From an uncultured Chloroflexia bacterium (GTDB lineage: Bacteria; Chloroflexota; Limnocylindria; Limnocylindrales; CSP1-4), in the NCBI GenBank assembly GCA_963835845.1, contig CAWIGT010000001.1:324102-388101 (forward strand): a DNA stretch of 64,000 nt. The letters run 5' to 3'. The notes under the pieces were generated by a model. The model worked only from the letters and a program-made list of their open reading frames with translations, was not told where the DNA came from and did no database searches. The translations under genes were made by a program, and so were the position numbers. Of this stretch, positions 45,500-54,983 are shown piece by piece. Each line of letters opens with the position of its first letter. The stretch's first letter is position 1.

Positions 45500-45666
45500 G
45501 CGAGCGATCGACTCGTTCGCTAGGCGAGCGTCTGTCTGCGGACAGCCGATCGCTGGAGGAGGAGATAGCGATCGGCAGGAAAGAGCGGCAGACATGCGGC
45601 TCAGTGCGGGTCGCTCCGGGGGGAGCGAAGCGACCCGCCGATACGACCACTTGCCCGAGTGGCCGT
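45500..45666. ncRNA. Candidate multi-hairpin small RNA with GGA-rich (plus) or CU-rich (minus) loops
   Basis: Four consecutive stems including perfect 10-bp GCCGATCGCT/AGCGATCGGC and GCGGGTCGCT/AGCGACCCGC; no credible ORF. Confidence 0.5.
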
Positions 45667-45821
45667 GATGTCACCGTTGCCGGCGAACGTGAATAATCAT
45701 CGCGGCACTCGATAATCCGGTCATCGCCAATCCAACGTATTCGATATTGCACGTCTGGATCCCCGGAAATGGCGCACCGACGAAGCATTGAATGTGCCGA
45801 TGGATGCCGTAGCATCAAGAG

Positions 45822-46055
45822 ATGCCGCGACTTGCATGTTTCCAATGTGGACGAACCCTCTGGGCCACGGCGCCGCTTGCCCAGCTCTTCGCCGAAGAGA
45901 GACGTTGCCCCAGGTGTGGGGCGTCGCTGCGAGACGACCGGCGGATATGGGATCGGCGCGGCTTCGCACGTCGCCAGGGTCGCGGAGACTCACCGACAGG
46001 CGAAGAGCGTCGGGCCCGGGATCGCCGGACCGGTCAACGGCGCAGGGTCGCCTAG
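45822..46055 (+). CDS. Small zinc-ribbon protein with periodic (D/E)RR repeats
   Basis: CFQC...CPRC; DRRIWDRRGFARR...ERRARDRRTGQRR; TAGCAT hexamer 6 nt before the ATG. Confidence 0.7.
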   Translation: MPRLACFQCGRTLWATAPLAQLFAEERRCPRCGASLRDDRRIWDRRGFARRQGRGDSPTGEERRARDRRTGQRRRVA

Positions 46056-46201
46056 CCTGAGGCGCAGGCCATACGGACAGCGTTTTGCCGCAGGGACGGG
46101 AACGCAGCCGATGGAGGTGTGCCGGCCGGCGCCGCCGGGATGGGCGCGGACGAGGGCGGATGGCCCGGACCACTGAAAGGGTCTGCGCCCCGAGAACCGG
46201 G

Positions 46202-46897
46202 TCAGAACAGGTTGTCGTCCGACTTCGGCGGCTCGACCAGGCGGTGACGGAGGGCGAACGCCACGGCTTCGAGCTTGGAGTGGACCCGCAGCTTGCCCAT
46301 GATGTTCTGGACGTGCGTTCGCAGCGTGTTCGGGGCGATGTATAGCCGCTCGCAGATCTCTGGCGTCGCCAGCCCCTCAGTGAGGGCCTTGAGCACTTCC
46401 AGCTCACGGGGAGTGAGCGGTTCGATCTGGCGGCGCTCGGTTCCGCGCTCTCGGGCCGCCGCCACGCGCTGCGCGATGCCCACGATCACCGAGCGCGGCA
46501 GGAGGGTCTCGCCGGCATAGGCGGCGCGCACGGCGTTGACGACCTCGTCGATGGCCCGGTCCTTGGTCAGATAGCCGTCGGCTCCCGCCTGGATCGACTC
46601 GAGAACGGTCTCGTCGTCGGTGAGGGCAGTGAGCATCACGACACGAGCCGCGGGCCAGCGGGCTTTGATGGCGCGCGTGGCTTCGGCGCCGGTGCCGTCC
46701 GGGAGGCGGTAGTCCATGAGAACGACGTCGAGCCGTTCCCTGGCCATGGCTTTGGCCTCGGCTACGCTGCCGGCCACTCCCGCGACGATGATGTCCGGCT
46801 CGCGGCCGAGCATCTGGGACAGAGCTCCGGTAAGGAGCTGGTGGTCGTCCACGAGGAGGACTCGGATCGGCCGGGCTTCACCGTACGCTTCTGTCAT
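46202..46897 (-). CDS. NarL/FixJ-family response regulator (LuxR HTH)
   Basis: VLLVDDH, VLMDY, YLTK, LTPRELEVL...THVQNIMGKL. Confidence 0.95.
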   Translation of the reverse strand: MTEAYGEARPIRVLLVDDHQLLTGALSQMLGREPDIIVAGVAGSVAEAKAMARERLDVVLMDYRLPDGTGAEATRAIKARWPAARVVMLTALTDDETVLESIQAGADGYLTKDRAIDEVVNAVRAAYAGETLLPRSVIVGIAQRVAAARERGTERRQIEPLTPRELEVLKALTEGLATPEICERLYIAPNTLRTHVQNIMGKLRVHSKLEAVAFALRHRLVEPPKSDDNLF

Positions 46898-47123
46898 CTC
46901 TTCTTGGTCGCCCTCTTCACTGCGCGCCGGCACATGGGCAAACTTTCGCCTTCAGCCGAAGCGCATCATAGCCGGACTTCCAAAGATCGCACACTAATCC
47001 GTTCGTGTGTGTAACAGTGCGACTCAGGTGCCCCGACCGGGCCGGACCGGATGGCGAGCCGGACTGGGACCCGGCATCGCCGCTGCGAGCGCAGCCGCTT
47101 CTGCCGCTGTCCATAATGGCGTC

Positions 47124-48011
47124 GTGCGGATCTCCCTCATCGGCTTCGGCTTGATCGGCGGCTCGATTGCGCGTGCCCTGCACGAGCGAGCCGAGCCGGG
47201 CCGCTGGCACGTGACCGCCTGGAGCCGCACACCCGCGCCGGTGCGCAGAGCGCTCGACGATGGTGCCGTCCACGTGGCCGCGGCCACGCTCGAGGATGCG
47301 CTGCCGGGCGCCGACATCGTCGTTCTGGCGGCTCCGCCGCTGACGTGCCTCGATCTCGTAGACCGGATCGGCGGGCCGTTGCGGATTCTCTTGTCGGAGG
47401 ACTGCACGGTCACAGACGTCGCCAGTGCCAAAACCCGTATCGTCGAGCGGGCGGACGCGGTGAAGCTGGCCTTCGTCGGCGGTCACCCCATGGCCGGCCG
47501 CGAGCTGTCCGGTTACGACGCCTCACTGCCGGACCTGTTCGTGGACCGGCCGTGGGTCACGGTGCCCGGCCGTTTCGCCAGGCTTCGCGACGGCGAACGG
47601 GTCGGCGAACTGATAGAAGCATGCGGGGCCATCCAGATGCCGATGGCTGCGCAGGCGCACGACGCCGCGGTCGCGGCCATCAGCCACATGCCACTCGTGG
47701 TTTCGGCGGCGATGGTCGAGGCCGTCGCGGGCGGCCCAGGCGAACCGGAGCGGCAAGATTGGGGGAACGCCGAAGCTCTCGCGGCCACGGGCTGGGCAGG
47801 AATGACGCGCCTGGCCAGGGGCGAGCCGGGCATGGGCACCGGCATCGCCGCCACCAATTCGGCGGCTCTCGCGGCTCGGGTACGAGACGTCCGGGCGGTG
47901 CTCGACTCGTGGCTGGCCGAGCTCGAGCGTGAAGGCGGGCCGGATGCCGAAGAATTGCTGGCCCGCTTCACCTCGGCGCGACGACGGCTGAGGGAGCCAG
48001 ATCGGCCATGA
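47124..48011 (+). CDS. tyrA: Prephenate/arogenate dehydrogenase
   Basis: IGFGLIGGS, TDVASAK, GGHPMAG, HD...ISHMP, TRLA. Confidence 0.9.
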   Translation: MRISLIGFGLIGGSIARALHERAEPGRWHVTAWSRTPAPVRRALDDGAVHVAAATLEDALPGADIVVLAAPPLTCLDLVDRIGGPLRILLSEDCTVTDVASAKTRIVERADAVKLAFVGGHPMAGRELSGYDASLPDLFVDRPWVTVPGRFARLRDGERVGELIEACGAIQMPMAAQAHDAAVAAISHMPLVVSAAMVEAVAGGPGEPERQDWGNAEALAATGWAGMTRLARGEPGMGTGIAATNSAALAARVRDVRAVLDSWLAELEREGGPDAEELLARFTSARRRLREPDRP

Positions 48012-48655
48012 CCGACGGCGTGGCCGAGTTCGTCTACGCGGTTCCGCGAGAAACCCTGTTCGGCGACGTGGCTCCGTGGCTCGGCGTCCTGCCCGGGGAC
48101 GTCGACGGCGTGGACGGAGTCCTGGAGCGAGCCCGCGAACTGGGCGGCTTCGTTGCCCGGCCGGCGGCCGAGACGGACCGATCGCTGAAACAAATCATCC
48201 CGTACCTGGTCCTGCGCGACGGCGATCGAATCTTCCTGATGAAACGGACGCGGGCCGGAGGAGACGCTCGACTCCACGACCTCTATTCGATCGGTGTGGG
48301 CGGCCACCTGAACCCCGGCGACGGCTGGCTTACCGGCGGGCTGGCGCGCGAGTGGCGCGAGGAACTCGAGGCCGACTTCGTGCCGGACTTCGAGTTCTTC
48401 GGACTGCTCAACGACGACACCGTGGACGTCGGCGTTCACCACATGGGCGTCGTCTATCTTGCCGACGCCGCCGGCCGCGCGGTGTCAATTCGCGAAACGG
48501 AGAAGCTCGGCGGTTCGTTCGAGACGATGTCGGTCGTGCGGGCCGCGTACGACAGCATGGAGACGTGGAGCCAGCTCGTGCTCGACGCCATCGTCGACTC
48601 GGACCTCCACGGAACGGCGCCGGCTCACGCCGCGGATCGGGCGATTTCCGAATGA
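48008..48655 (+). CDS. NUDIX-family phosphoesterase
   Basis: KQIIPY, RLHDLYSIGVGGH, REWREE, VGVHHMG. Confidence 0.85.
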   Translation: MTDGVAEFVYAVPRETLFGDVAPWLGVLPGDVDGVDGVLERARELGGFVARPAAETDRSLKQIIPYLVLRDGDRIFLMKRTRAGGDARLHDLYSIGVGGHLNPGDGWLTGGLAREWREELEADFVPDFEFFGLLNDDTVDVGVHHMGVVYLADAAGRAVSIRETEKLGGSFETMSVVRAAYDSMETWSQLVLDAIVDSDLHGTAPAHAADRAISE

Positions 48656-49290
48656 ACCGATTGCCCGGGCTCCGAGTCCCACGCATGAGCGACCCACTCC
48701 AGTCGTCCAAAGAGCGTGGCATGTTCGCAGACGAAGCCTATCTCGGCGCCGAACCCGTTCGGTCGCCAATGCATACCTCGATGGTTCGCGACCGGGCCAT
48801 CGATACCGTTTTCGCCACCGCCCTCGAGGCCGAACTGGCGAAGGGCTACCGCCTGGCCGGCTACCTGCTGGCCGACGCCGCGGAAGCCCAGGACGCCGTG
48901 CAGGAAGCCTCGGTCCGAGCCTGGCGGGCCTGGCCGAAGCTCCGCGAGCGCGACCGCTTCCACTCCTGGTTCAGCCAGATCCTGGTCAACGTCTGCCGTA
49001 CCAGGCTTCACCAGAGAAGCAGGCGGCGAACGGTCGACGTGGATGACGTGGATCTCGAAAGCGGAGACCCGTTCCGGGCCTCACTGGCGCGCGACGCCAT
49101 CGGCCGGGCTCTGTCGAGTCTGAGCCAGGAGCTGCGCATGGTCGTCGTGCTTCGCTACTGGGGGGAGTTGTCGCTGGCCGAAATCGCGGACCGTCTGCAC
49201 ATTCCTGTAGGAACCGTCAAGTCGCGGCACCACGCAGCCCTGCAGGTTTTGCGCCGCCGGATAGAGCCTGTACAAGGGGGCTCGAGATGA
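48652..49290 (+). CDS. ECF RNA polymerase sigma factor (start may be 48721 or later)
   Basis: Sigma2 region AQDAVQEA...FHSWFSQILVN; sigma4 region LSLAEIADRLHIPVGTVKSR. Confidence 0.9.
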   Translation: MNRLPGLRVPRMSDPLQSSKERGMFADEAYLGAEPVRSPMHTSMVRDRAIDTVFATALEAELAKGYRLAGYLLADAAEAQDAVQEASVRAWRAWPKLRERDRFHSWFSQILVNVCRTRLHQRSRRRTVDVDDVDLESGDPFRASLARDAIGRALSSLSQELRMVVVLRYWGELSLAEIADRLHIPVGTVKSRHHAALQVLRRRIEPVQGGSR

Positions 49291-50889
49291 ACGACTCCGA
49301 GCTCGACGGCCTGGACGTTGAGATGGACGCGCGTCTGGCGGCCTACGCAAGCGGCTCCCGCGAACCCGCGCTGCCCGATGCGGTCGCGGACCTGCCCTGG
49401 AAGGTCCAGCTCGATCGCCCTCGTCCCGGTCGGCTGAGTGGGTTGCTGGCCGTGCCCAGGACTTCGCTGGGCCTCCGCCAGGTCGCCCTGTCGTTCGCCC
49501 GGCTCGGGCTGACGCTGGCGGTAGCCGGGGCGTTCCTTCTATTGGTCAACACCCGCGTCGGCGGCAGCGCCGCTGATCTGATCCAGCCGGTGCCGTCGGC
49601 CCGGCCCGCAGGCTTGCCCGCCACCGCGGCCAATAGCCCCGAGGTAGTCGTCGTTCCAACGAGCGGCGTGGTGGACGACGTCATGGCGGATCACGTCGCC
49701 GGGGCGGTCCACCGGGCGGAATCCGACGGTGCCGCCGCTGTCGTCATCGAGCTCGACACCCTCGGCGGCAGCCTTGAGGCAATGCAGCGCATCACGGAGT
49801 CCCTGAACGCAGAATCTGCCGACCATCGTTTGGGTCGCGCCGTCGGGCGGGTCGGCGGCAAGCGCCGGGACGTTCATCACCATGTCGGCCAACCTCGCGT
49901 ACATGGCCCCCAGCACGACCATCGGGGCCGCGTCGCCAGTGGCCGCCGGCGGGCAGGACATCGCCCAGGCGATCGGCCAGACCGAGGCCGACAAGACCAT
50001 GCAGTACGCGATCGCCACGATTTCGGGCTTTGCGGAGCGGAATCATCCCGAGGCCGTCGCCTGGGCCGTCTCGACGGTCGAGAAGGCCCAGGCATACACC
50101 GCTCAGCAGGCCCTGGCCGCCCATGCGATCAACGGCGTTGCCGGCAGCCTCGACGACGTCCTGAACCAGGCAGATGGCCTGACGGTGTCGACCGGTCACG
50201 GTCAGGTCGTGCTGCACACCAAGGGCGCGTCGATCGTCACGATCAATGAGGACCTGGTGCAGTCTTTTCTGCATGAGCTCGACGATCCGAACATCGCCTT
50301 CATCCTTCTCGTGCTGGGCGTCCTGTGCATCGGCGTGGAGTTCTTCCACCCGACCCTGTTGATGGGTCTGGTTGGTGCCCTCCTGCTGGCCCTGTCCTTC
50401 TACGGATCGGGCAGCCTGCCGTTGAACGTGCTCGGGGTCGTCCTGGTGGTCCTGGGTATAGGGATGATCGTCCTGGAACCGAATCTGCCCAGCCACGGCG
50501 TGCTCGTCATCGGCGGCATAGCTGTCTTCGTGGTCGGGGCAGTGGCTTTCTATGGGTCACCCGGCCCCTATCTCCAGCCGGCGTCCGTGGCCTGGCCGAT
50601 CATCGGCGTGATGGCCGCGGCGGCGGCGGCATACGGGCTGCTGATCGTGAGCACACTCTTGCGGCTGCGCAGGCAGCCTCTGCCGGTCGGACTGGGTCTG
50701 GTGGGGACGCAGCCGGTGATCGGCCTGGTCGGCGAAGTCCAGGCGGACCTGTCGCCGACGGGAACAATCTACGTGGGCCGCGAATCCTGGACGGCACGGG
50801 CTCGCGACGGCGGTACGCTGAGTCGCGGCGCCAAGGTCCGAGTCGTCAAGCAGGAGGGTCTGATATTGATCGTGGAGCGGGTCGACTGA
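49287..50889 (+). CDS. nfeD: NfeD1b-type membrane serine protease with anti-sigma-like N-terminal extension (frameshift at about 49812)
   Basis: ELDTLGG, AASAGTFI, MAPSTTIGAASPV, DKT; TM bundle; C-terminal OB fold; extra N-terminal region of about 115 aa with a TM helix. Confidence 0.88.
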
Positions 50890-50933
50890 CCTGATCTGGC
50901 ATTCGCCCGCTTTTGGGCAGTTGGAGGAACGGG

Positions 50934-51827
50934 ATGGAAGCCGGAACGGTAACGTTCATAGCCGTAATCGTCGTGGCGGTGATCTTGGTCTTCTTCATCG
51001 CCGTCTCGGTCAGGATCGTGCCGCAGTGGGCCAAGCTCGTTGTCTATCGCTGGGGTCAGGCCGGTCCGCAGCTGGTTCGCAACCCCGGTCTGCGGTTCCT
51101 GATCCCGTTCGTCGACAAGGGCGTCATGGTGGACCTGCGTGAGCAGTTCATCGAAGTTCCGCGCCAGACCGCGATCACCAAGGACAACGCTCCGCTTGGA
51201 GTGGACTTCCTGATCTACTGGAAGATCGTGGATCCGCTTATGAGCCAGATCAACGTGGCGAATTTCGCGGGCGCGTTGCAGGGTGTGGCGGCCACTTCGC
51301 TACGGTCCGTGATCGGCGACATTCCGCTCGACGACGTCCTGTCGCAGCGTGAAAAGATCAACGAGACGTTGCGGCTCAAGCTGGACGAGGTCACCGAGCG
51401 CTGGGGCGGCAAAGTCACGACCGTCGAGATTCGCGAGATCCTGCCCCCGCCGGCCGTTCAAGAGGCGATGAACCGGCAGCTCTCGGCCGAGCGAACGCGC
51501 CGTGCCGTGATCACCGAGTCGGAGGGTACCCGGCAGGCCACGATCAACGTAGCCGAGGGTGACAAGCAGTCGGCGATCTTGCGGGCAGAGGGCGATCGCC
51601 AGGCGGCGATTTTGCGAGCCCAAGGTTTCAGCAACGCGCTGCAAACGATCTTCGAGGCGGCCAGGGGCATCGACCAGAAGACGATGGTGCTGCAGTATCT
51701 CGACGCCCTCAAGGCGCTGGGCAACGGTCCGGCCACCAAGTTCATCATTCCGATGGAGTTCACCCAGCTGGTCGGGCCTCTGGGGGCCATGGCCAAGAGC
51801 GCGATGGGGAATCCGACGGACAAGTAG
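50934..51827 (+). CDS. SPFH/stomatin (band 7) family protein
   Basis: N-terminal TM, PGLRFLIPFVD, ITKDN, LRSVIG, AERTRRA, AEG repeats. Confidence 0.93.
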   Translation: MEAGTVTFIAVIVVAVILVFFIAVSVRIVPQWAKLVVYRWGQAGPQLVRNPGLRFLIPFVDKGVMVDLREQFIEVPRQTAITKDNAPLGVDFLIYWKIVDPLMSQINVANFAGALQGVAATSLRSVIGDIPLDDVLSQREKINETLRLKLDEVTERWGGKVTTVEIREILPPPAVQEAMNRQLSAERTRRAVITESEGTRQATINVAEGDKQSAILRAEGDRQAAILRAQGFSNALQTIFEAARGIDQKTMVLQYLDALKALGNGPATKFIIPMEFTQLVGPLGAMAKSAMGNPTDK

Positions 51828-51946
51828 CAGGCCCGGCAGGTAGGTACGCAGGTCGAGCTGCTCGACGCGCAGCCGGCCAGTGGGCCGCATCCGGCGATTG
51901 GAGAGACGCAGACCTGCGGCCGATGCCTGTAAAGAGACGGCCTGTC

Positions 51947-51952
51947 TATAAT
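51947..51952 (+). promoter_or_regulatory. -10 element TATAAT upstream of the second cpaE-like gene
   Basis: Consensus hexamer in a GC-rich intergenic region about 100 nt upstream of the ATG. Confidence 0.55.
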
Positions 51953-52051
51953 CTGGCGGTTCGTCCCGACACGTCCGTGGTCCAGATACGGGCGGCTGTT
52001 GCCGTCTGCGCGCCGTGGAGCGGTGGGGTTCCGCGTTAGTCAGGTGTAGGT

Positions 52052-53269
52052 ATGGCCGTCAGGATCCTCGTCGTCGATGCCGACCCGACAGTCCAGCGAG
52101 CGCTGGGGCACGCCCTTTCGCAGGCGGGCTATGAGGTCATCGCTTCGGGCGAGGGCCCGGAAGCACTGCGCATCGTCCACTCGGACAAGCCCGCGCTCGT
52201 GCTGATCGCCGCAAACCTGCCCGGCCTCGACGGATTCACCTTCGTGACGCGGCTGCGCATGGAAGACGGGCCCTCGACTCACACGCCGGTGATCCTGCTT
52301 CTCCCGGAGAACGAGGCCGAAGCCAGGGGCAAGGCGCTGCGTTCGGGTGCGGACGACTACCTCATCAAGCCGTTCCACCCCGCCGAGCTGATGGCGCGCA
52401 TGCGCAGCCTGCTGGCCCGCTACAAGCCGGACGAGCAGTTCACACCGCCGACCCGAAGCGCGCATGTCATCCCCGCCGCAATGGCGGCGCCGAAGAAGCG
52501 CGAGCCCGCCAGGGTTGTGCTCTTCTATGGAGCCAAAGGCGGCGTGGGTACGACGACCATCGCCATCAATTCGGCGATCGCGCTTCACAAAGAACTGGGC
52601 CGGAAGGTCTGCCTGATCGACGCCAATCTGCAGTTCGGCGATCACCGCGTGTTCCTGGACCTGGGATTGGACCGCATGAGCATCGTGGACCTCGCCCAGT
52701 CGCAAGCGTTCGACCTGGATCTGATCAATCAGGTCCTGGTCAAGCACGAATCCGGCATCGAGTTGCTGCTTGCGCCGCCGTCTCCGGAGACGGCCGAACT
52801 CGTGACCCACGACCACCTGCCAAATATCATCGGCATGATGGCCGGCGAGTTCGACTACATTCTGGTGGACATCGACAAGCGGCTCGATGAAGTCAACCTG
52901 CGGATCATGGACGTCGCCGACACGATCTACGTCGTCATGACGGCCGACCTACCCTGTCTCAAGAACGTTCGCCTGGTGCTGGAAACAATCGGCCACCTTG
53001 GTTATGCCGACGACAAGGTCAAGCTGATCCTGAATCGATCGAACGCATTCACTGGCATAAACGTCAAGAACGCGGAGAGCGCCCTGAAGCGCCACATCGA
53101 CTTCCAGATCATCAATGAATACCGTTCCGCGATCGGCGCGTTGAACAGCGGGGCGCCGTTCATGTACACGAAGGCAGACTCGGTGCTGGGCAAGAACGTG
53201 CTGGATTTCGTCAAGGCGATGGAAAAGGACATGACTGAGCATGCCGGTGTGAGTCGCGCCGCTCGCTAG
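52052..53269 (+). CDS. cpaE: Pseudo-receiver + CpaE-like ATPase
   Basis: Receiver fold lacking the phospho-Asp; GAKGGVGTTT, DANLQFGD, LLLAPP, LILNR. Confidence 0.85.
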   Translation: MAVRILVVDADPTVQRALGHALSQAGYEVIASGEGPEALRIVHSDKPALVLIAANLPGLDGFTFVTRLRMEDGPSTHTPVILLLPENEAEARGKALRSGADDYLIKPFHPAELMARMRSLLARYKPDEQFTPPTRSAHVIPAAMAAPKKREPARVVLFYGAKGGVGTTTIAINSAIALHKELGRKVCLIDANLQFGDHRVFLDLGLDRMSIVDLAQSQAFDLDLINQVLVKHESGIELLLAPPSPETAELVTHDHLPNIIGMMAGEFDYILVDIDKRLDEVNLRIMDVADTIYVVMTADLPCLKNVRLVLETIGHLGYADDKVKLILNRSNAFTGINVKNAESALKRHIDFQIINEYRSAIGALNSGAPFMYTKADSVLGKNVLDFVKAMEKDMTEHAGVSRAAR

Positions 53270-53403
53270 CGCCGCCGCGGCCCGGGCCTCGAAGGCCAGG
53301 CCGCGCCGAGCGGATGCGTGGGCGATCACGGGACTGGCCGCGCAGCCCGTCCAGATAAGTGGCGGTTGATCCGGCGTTGAGCCTTGGGCCCTAGCTTGGC
53401 CGG

Positions 53404-54981
53404 GTGCTTGCCTCTCTTCTCTCGGCGACTCTCAGCGGATTGGACGGACACTCTATCCGCGTCGAGGTGGACGTTGCTCCGGGCCTTCCCGGCTTCACGA
53501 TCGTGGGCCTGGCAGACACCGCTCTCCAGGAAGCCAGGGAGCGTGTCCGGGGAGCGATTCGAAATAGCGGTTACGAGTACCCGCCCCGGCGGATCACCGT
53601 CAACCTGGCGCCTGCCGAGTTGCGCAAGAGCGGCGCGTCGCTGGACCTCGCCATCGCACTGGGGATCCTGGTCGGCTCCGAGCAAGTGACGGCGAACGGT
53701 CGCTGGGCCGTCCTGGGTGAGCTCTCCCTCGGCGGCGAGCTCCGGTCGATGCCGGGCCTGCTGCCCATGGTGCTTGCACTGGCACGCCGCAGGGTGACCC
53801 GAGTGGTGGTTCCACTCGACGGATTGGCGGAAGCGAATCTGGCGGGTGGCGTCGACGTCGTAGCCGCGCGCACCCTCGCCGAGGCGGCCGCGCTGCTACG
53901 GCAGGACCGCCGGGGGCGGGAGCGCAGCAGCCCGCCGCGGATAGAACTCGCGGCCGACGCCGCGGACGAAATCCGTCGCGATCAAGCCGGTGCGCCGAAT
54001 GGCCTTGGGGCGGATCAGTGGCCGGATCTGGATGAGGTTCGGGGCCAACTGGAGGCCCGGCGCGGTCTGGAACTGGCCCTGGCGGGAGGCCACTGCATGG
54101 TCATGGTGGGGCCGCCCGGATCCGGCAAGACACTCCTGGCCAGAACGGTGCCCGGGCTGCTGCCGCCCCTCGACGACGACGAAGCCAGGGTTGCAACGGT
54201 CATCGCGTCGGTCTCCGGCATGGGGCCGGTCACGGGTCTGGTCCGCACGCGGCCCTTTCGTTCTCCACATCACACAATCTCGTACGCGGCCATGGTGGGT
54301 GGCGGTCCGCACCTCTCGCCGGGAGAAGTTTCGCTTGCCCACAATGGCGTCTTGTTCCTGGACGAGTTGCCCGAGTTCGATCGAACGACCCTCGAGGCGC
54401 TGCGCCAACCTCTCGAGGATGGCCAGGTGGCGATTTCGAGGGTTGGCCGGGCTGCCGTCTTTCCGTCGCGATTCCAGTTGATCGCGGCGATGAACCCTTG
54501 CCCGTGCGGTCAGGCTGGCGAAGGGGACGGCCGCTGCCGCTGCCGTCCGGGCATCGTGGACCGGTATGCCGGCCGCATATCCGGGCCGTTGAGAGATCGG
54601 ATAGATCTATGGGTCCACATGCCGCGCGTCGAGCCGAACGACTACGTCAGGGCGGCTGCCCAGGAAGGCTCGGCTGAGGTCGCGGCGCGAATAGCGGAGG
54701 CGCGGCATCGGCAGATGGTGCGTGACTCGCGGCCCAACTCGCGGCTCACCGGTCGAGCCTTGAGGGCTGCGTGTGCACTTGGCCCGATCGAGCAGGCCCA
54801 TGCCGTCAGACTGGCCGAGCTCGACGGTTGGAGCGCCCGTGGCATCGAAAGGCTGCTCCGCGTGTCGCGGACCGCGGCGGACCTGGCCGGCGCAGACCGC
54901 GTCGAAGGATCGCACCTGGACGAGGCCGCGCGCTTCCGATCCCCGTCGTTCCGGCGTTTCGGCTACGAGGCGGTGAGCTAG
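53404..54981 (+). CDS. comM: YifB/ComM Mg-chelatase-like AAA+ ATPase
   Basis: VEVDV...GLP, ITVNLAPA, GPPGSGKT, RPFRSPHH, LDELPEF, AMNPCPCG, DRID. Confidence 0.93.
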   Translation: MLASLLSATLSGLDGHSIRVEVDVAPGLPGFTIVGLADTALQEARERVRGAIRNSGYEYPPRRITVNLAPAELRKSGASLDLAIALGILVGSEQVTANGRWAVLGELSLGGELRSMPGLLPMVLALARRRVTRVVVPLDGLAEANLAGGVDVVAARTLAEAAALLRQDRRGRERSSPPRIELAADAADEIRRDQAGAPNGLGADQWPDLDEVRGQLEARRGLELALAGGHCMVMVGPPGSGKTLLARTVPGLLPPLDDDEARVATVIASVSGMGPVTGLVRTRPFRSPHHTISYAAMVGGGPHLSPGEVSLAHNGVLFLDELPEFDRTTLEALRQPLEDGQVAISRVGRAAVFPSRFQLIAAMNPCPCGQAGEGDGRCRCRPGIVDRYAGRISGPLRDRIDLWVHMPRVEPNDYVRAAAQEGSAEVAARIAEARHRQMVRDSRPNSRLTGRALRAACALGPIEQAHAVRLAELDGWSARGIERLLRVSRTAADLAGADRVEGSHLDEAARFRSPSFRRFGYEAVS

Positions 54982-54983
54982 CC

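Noticed and set aside
51953-52051. Riboswitch in the cpaE leader
   Set aside because: Only two short GC-rich hairpins, with no recognisable aptamer or expression platform
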